A DNA stretch of 64,000 bases, from positions 64,001 through 128,000 of the forward strand of contig JBFMAF010000031.1 of assembly GCA_040755995.1 (NCBI GenBank), in the 5' to 3' direction. Made by a program: the position numbers and the translations under genes. The notes beneath the pieces are model-generated. The model worked only from the letters and a program-made list of their open reading frames with translations, ran no database searches and was not told the origin of the DNA. The stretch comes from Acidobacteriota bacterium. Its GTDB lineage: Bacteria > Acidobacteriota > CAIWXX01. Shown here one piece after another: positions 60,805-64,000 of the stretch (positions are counted from its first letter, which is position 1; each line of letters opens with the position of its first letter).

Positions 60805-61206
60805 ATGATGAAAAGGATCTTTCTGAGCCACGCCGCTCGCGACCACCAGATGGCCTCGAAGCTTGCCGGACGATTGCGAGAAGAGGGGTTTGATGTGTTC
60901 CTGCAAGAGGAGCTGCCCGCCGGAGCCAACTTCGCCCTCGAGGTTGGCCGTAAGCTGGAGAAGGCCGACATCATGGTGGTCTTGCTCTCGCCCGATGCGG
61001 TGGCATCGAGCTGGGTACAGCGCGAGATTGAATACGCGCTCACATCCCGGCGGCTCAAGGGGCGCTTGGTGCCGGTGCAGGTCAGGCCGACCAAGGATAT
61101 CCCGTGGATACTTCGGCACCTTAATTTCCTCGATCTACGCGGGGAGGAGGCCGGGAAGGTCGACAAGGTAGTCGCGGCCCTCAAAGAGATTGATGACGCC
61201 GCGTAG
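60805..61206 (+). CDS. Stand-alone TIR-domain protein
   Basis: IFLSHA..D, G.DVF, VVLLSP....SSWVQREI (catalytic-type Glu), LVPV. Confidence 0.9.
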   Translation: MMKRIFLSHAARDHQMASKLAGRLREEGFDVFLQEELPAGANFALEVGRKLEKADIMVVLLSPDAVASSWVQREIEYALTSRRLKGRLVPVQVRPTKDIPWILRHLNFLDLRGEEAGKVDKVVAALKEIDDAA

Positions 61207-61723
61207 GCTGGGATCCAGGACTTCGATTCCACGGGAGGTCTTTCTCTCACACTCGGATCGCAACAGGGCGTTCGCGGCCCGGCTGGCCGGGGTTCTCGCA
61301 CGACACGGAGTGCCCGTATGGTACAGCCGCCGTAGCCTGCTCGGCGCGCAGCAGTGGCACGATGAAATAGGCAGGGCCTTGCGACGTTGCGACTGGTTCA
61401 TCGTCGTCTTGTCACCGCATTCGGTCCGGTCTGATTGGGTCAAGCGGGAGCTGGTATTCGCCTTGAGCCACGCGCAATACCGTGACCGCATTGTCCCAGT
61501 GATCCACAAAGCCTGTGACCACGAGGCCTTGTCATGGACACTCGGGGGCTTTCAGATGATCGATTTTAGCGACGACTTCGATGCAGGCAGCCGACAGCTG
61601 TTGCGCGCATGGGGCCTGGGCTACTCCCCGGCCGACCATGTTGCGTCGAAGGGAGGCTCTGCAGGAGGCAGGGCTGCGCCGGTTCGTGAAGGGGTGACGA
61701 AGTCCGAACGGAAACCGGGCTGA
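61193..61723 (+). CDS. Stand-alone TIR-domain protein
   Basis: VFLSHS, W.DEIG.AL..CD.FIVVLSP.SV.SDWVKREL, IVPVI. Confidence 0.9.
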   Translation: MTPRRLGSRTSIPREVFLSHSDRNRAFAARLAGVLARHGVPVWYSRRSLLGAQQWHDEIGRALRRCDWFIVVLSPHSVRSDWVKRELVFALSHAQYRDRIVPVIHKACDHEALSWTLGGFQMIDFSDDFDAGSRQLLRAWGLGYSPADHVASKGGSAGGRAAPVREGVTKSERKPG

Positions 61724-61773
61724 GGTCGGCTCCGAGAAGGCTATCGCTTTGGCCTGAGCCGTTCGCAGCCGCC

Positions 61774-64000
61774 TCAGGCTTCGAACTTCTCCTTGTACTC
61801 GTACACCACGCTGATCGCCTTGCGGACGCGGCCTGTCATGTACATCATGAGGTCTCCGGCCTCGGCCTTCTTGAGGGCCGCATCGAGCGCCTCCCATTCG
61901 TCCGGGACCTCGCTGATTCGATCAGCCGGGTACTTGACGCTCGCGAATCCGTCTCGCAGCACCTTCAGGATCTCGCCGGGCTTGCGCCCGCGAAGATCCT
62001 TGTCCTCGTAGAGGATGACCTCGTCGGCGTACTTCGCCGAGGTCAAGGCGATCTGCGTGATGTCCTCGTCGCGGCGGTCGCCGACGGCGTCGAGGATGAC
62101 AAGGCGGCGCTTGTAGTTCAGCCGCGAGATCAGGTCGAAGATGCTGGCGACGGCGAATGGGTTGTGCGCATAGTCGATCAGCACATCGAAGTCGCGGACG
62201 CGCAGGATGTTCATGCGGCCCGGCGCCTGGGATGGTGAGGGGAAAAACGAACTCAACCCGAGGCGGATCTCGTCGACCTTCACGTGGAGCGCATAGGCGG
62301 CAGCGGTGGCCGCCATGGCATTCTGGATGTTGAAACCGGCCTTCCCTTCCATGGTGATCGGGATCTCGTACGCCTTCGCCACGGGCACAACGAGATCGCC
62401 TTCGAGGATGGTGATGTAGCCGTTTTGGTAGACGACGGCAAGCCCGCCGGCTTCGACATGTTCCTTGACGGTCGGATTCTCGGGGTTCACGCTGAACCAG
62501 ACGACGTGGTCTTTGCAGCGGCTCTGCATCCACCGGCACCACTTGTCGTCGGCGTTGAGCACGGAGTAGGCGCCGGGCCGCACGACCGACGGGACGATCG
62601 ACTTGAGCTTCGCCAGGTCCTCGATTGTCTCGATATATCCGAGCCCGATGTGGTCTTCGGTGACGTTGAGGCAGATGCCGACATCCGCGGTGCCGTAGCC
62701 GAGGCCGTTGCGCAGCAGCCCGCCGCGGGCCGTCTCGAATACGGCACAATCCACGGTCGGATCCTGCAAGATCATGCGGGCCGATCGCGGGCCGCTCATG
62801 TCGCCGGCTATGATCAGCCGGTCTCGCACGTAGATGCCGTCGGTACAGGTCATGCCTACGCTCTTGCCCGTGTTTTTCATGATATGGGCGATCAGTCGCA
62901 CGGCGGTGGTCTTGCCGTTGGTACCCGTGACGCTGACGATGGGGATGTCTGAAGGAGAGCCCGGCGGGAACAGCATGTCGACGATGGGGGCGGCCACGTT
63001 GCGCGGCTTGCCTTCGGATGGGCTCAGATGCATCCGGATGCCGGGCGCGGCGTTCACCTCGATCACTGCCCCGCCGTTCTCGGTGATGGGGGTCTCCAGC
63101 GTGGGCGCGATGATGTCGATGCCGGCGATGTCGAGCCCGATGTACCTCGCCACGCGCTCCACCATGAACTTGTTCATCGAATGTACCTTGTGCGTCACGT
63201 CGATGGCGGTGCCGCCGGTGGAAAGATTCGCAGTGCGCTCCAGATAGAAAACCTCGCCCTCGCGCAGGATGGTGTCGAGCGTGCAGCCGGTCTCAAGCAA
63301 CAGGCTCTCAGTGTTCGGGGTGACCTTCAGCAACGTCATCACGTTCGAGTGCCCGTGGCCGCGCCGCGGGTTCTTGTTCTCGGCGTCGATGAGCTCCTTG
63401 ATCGTGTGCTTCCCGTCCCCGACGACGTTGGCCGGGATCCGCTGAGCGGCCGCGATGAACTTGCCGGCGATCACGAGGACGCGGTAGTCGTTGCCCACGC
63501 GCCTCTCCTCGACGACGATCTTCTTCGAAAGCTCCTTCGCACGATCAAAAGCCGCTTTGAGCTGATCCTCGTTCTTGACGCCCACGGTCACTCCCTTGCC
63601 GTGGTGACCGTCGAACGGCTTGACCACCACGGGATAGCCGATGTCGCGGGCGTCTTCCAGCGCCGACGAGAACTTGGTGGCGATCGTTCCCTTGGGCACA
63701 GGTATGCCGTTGTCCTCGAGTATCATCTTCGTCAGCCGCTTGTTCCCCGCCGTCTCGACCGCGATGAGACTCGTCTGCGAGCTCAATGTAGCCTGGATCT
63801 TCTTCTGGTACTTGCCCTCTCCAAGCTGCACCAGGTTGTAGTCGTCGAGACGAATTACGGTGATCTTGCGCCGCCGGGCCTCGTCGACAATCGCCATCGT
63901 CGACGGCCCGAGGTAGTGCTCGTCGCGAATGTTCTTGATCTCCGTGATCACGGCGTCCACGTCGATTTTTTCCTCAGGCACGCCGCGAATGATGTCCTGT
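61774..64000 (-). CDS. cphA: Cyanophycin synthetase CphA1 (5' end outside window)
   Basis: LGPST, VKPFDGHHGKGV, DYRVL, ANLSTGG, IEVNAAPG.RMH, GTNGKTT, ETARGG, EDH, DYAHN all intact. Confidence 0.95.
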   Translation of the reverse strand, partial: QDIIRGVPEEKIDVDAVITEIKNIRDEHYLGPSTMAIVDEARRRKITVIRLDDYNLVQLGEGKYQKKIQATLSSQTSLIAVETAGNKRLTKMILEDNGIPVPKGTIATKFSSALEDARDIGYPVVVKPFDGHHGKGVTVGVKNEDQLKAAFDRAKELSKKIVVEERRVGNDYRVLVIAGKFIAAAQRIPANVVGDGKHTIKELIDAENKNPRRGHGHSNVMTLLKVTPNTESLLLETGCTLDTILREGEVFYLERTANLSTGGTAIDVTHKVHSMNKFMVERVARYIGLDIAGIDIIAPTLETPITENGGAVIEVNAAPGIRMHLSPSEGKPRNVAAPIVDMLFPPGSPSDIPIVSVTGTNGKTTAVRLIAHIMKNTGKSVGMTCTDGIYVRDRLIIAGDMSGPRSARMILQDPTVDCAVFETARGGLLRNGLGYGTADVGICLNVTEDHIGLGYIETIEDLAKLKSIVPSVVRPGAYSVLNADDKWCRWMQSRCKDHVVWFSVNPENPTVKEHVEAGGLAVVYQNGYITILEGDLVVPVAKAYEIPITMEGKAGFNIQNAMAATAAAYALHVKVDEIRLGLSSFFPSPSQAPGRMNILRVRDFDVLIDYAHNPFAVASIFDLISRLNYKRRLVILDAVGDRRDEDITQIALTSAKYADEVILYEDKDLRGRKPGEILKVLRDGFASVKYPADRISEVPDEWEALDAALKKAEAGDLMMYMTGRVRKAISVVYEYKEKFEA

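Noticed and set aside
60805..61723. Complete Thoeris or CBASS system
   Set aside because: No SIR2/SLOG/macro effector or cyclase gene is adjacent.

Overview
GC-rich bacterial chromosomal window, probably from a diderm organism (it encodes an OprO/P-like porin); an Acidobacteriota-like origin is only an impression. Left to right it holds: the end of thyX; a surface-polysaccharide cluster (GT2, two methyltransferases, flippase, GT4, GDP-mannose 3,5-epimerase-like); a Fur-box-preceded feoB/DtxR-FeoA operon; Rrf2 plus porin; a radical SAM gene; and tRNA-Lys and tRNA-Glu. These are followed by a decayed island (VapBC45-like pair, a second candidate toxin-antitoxin pair, integrase/Fis/TPR scraps), then an aminotransferase, a K+-independent hppA, an MFS transporter and a PIN module. 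Two nitrogen-metabolism loci stand out. (1) An intact NADP-GDH is transcribed divergently from a GDH paralogue that has lost two essential active-site lysines; that paralogue heads a likely operon with two PEP-synthase-N-like ATP-grasp proteins, one carrying a GAF-like sensor and a nucleotidyltransferase domain. This is a candidate uncharacterised GDH-regulatory system. (2) A cyanophycin cluster (cphB, iadA) has three synthetase paralogues: a CphA2-like enzyme with only the ATP-grasp site, a full-length CphA whose ATP-grasp site is degenerate but whose Mur-ligase and N-domain sites are intact, and a canonical CphA1. It is preceded by an orphan ParA plus an acidic partner and interrupted by a repeat-bounded block of secreted-protein genes and a tandem TIR-TIR pair. 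All calls come from motif reading by eye; no searches were run.
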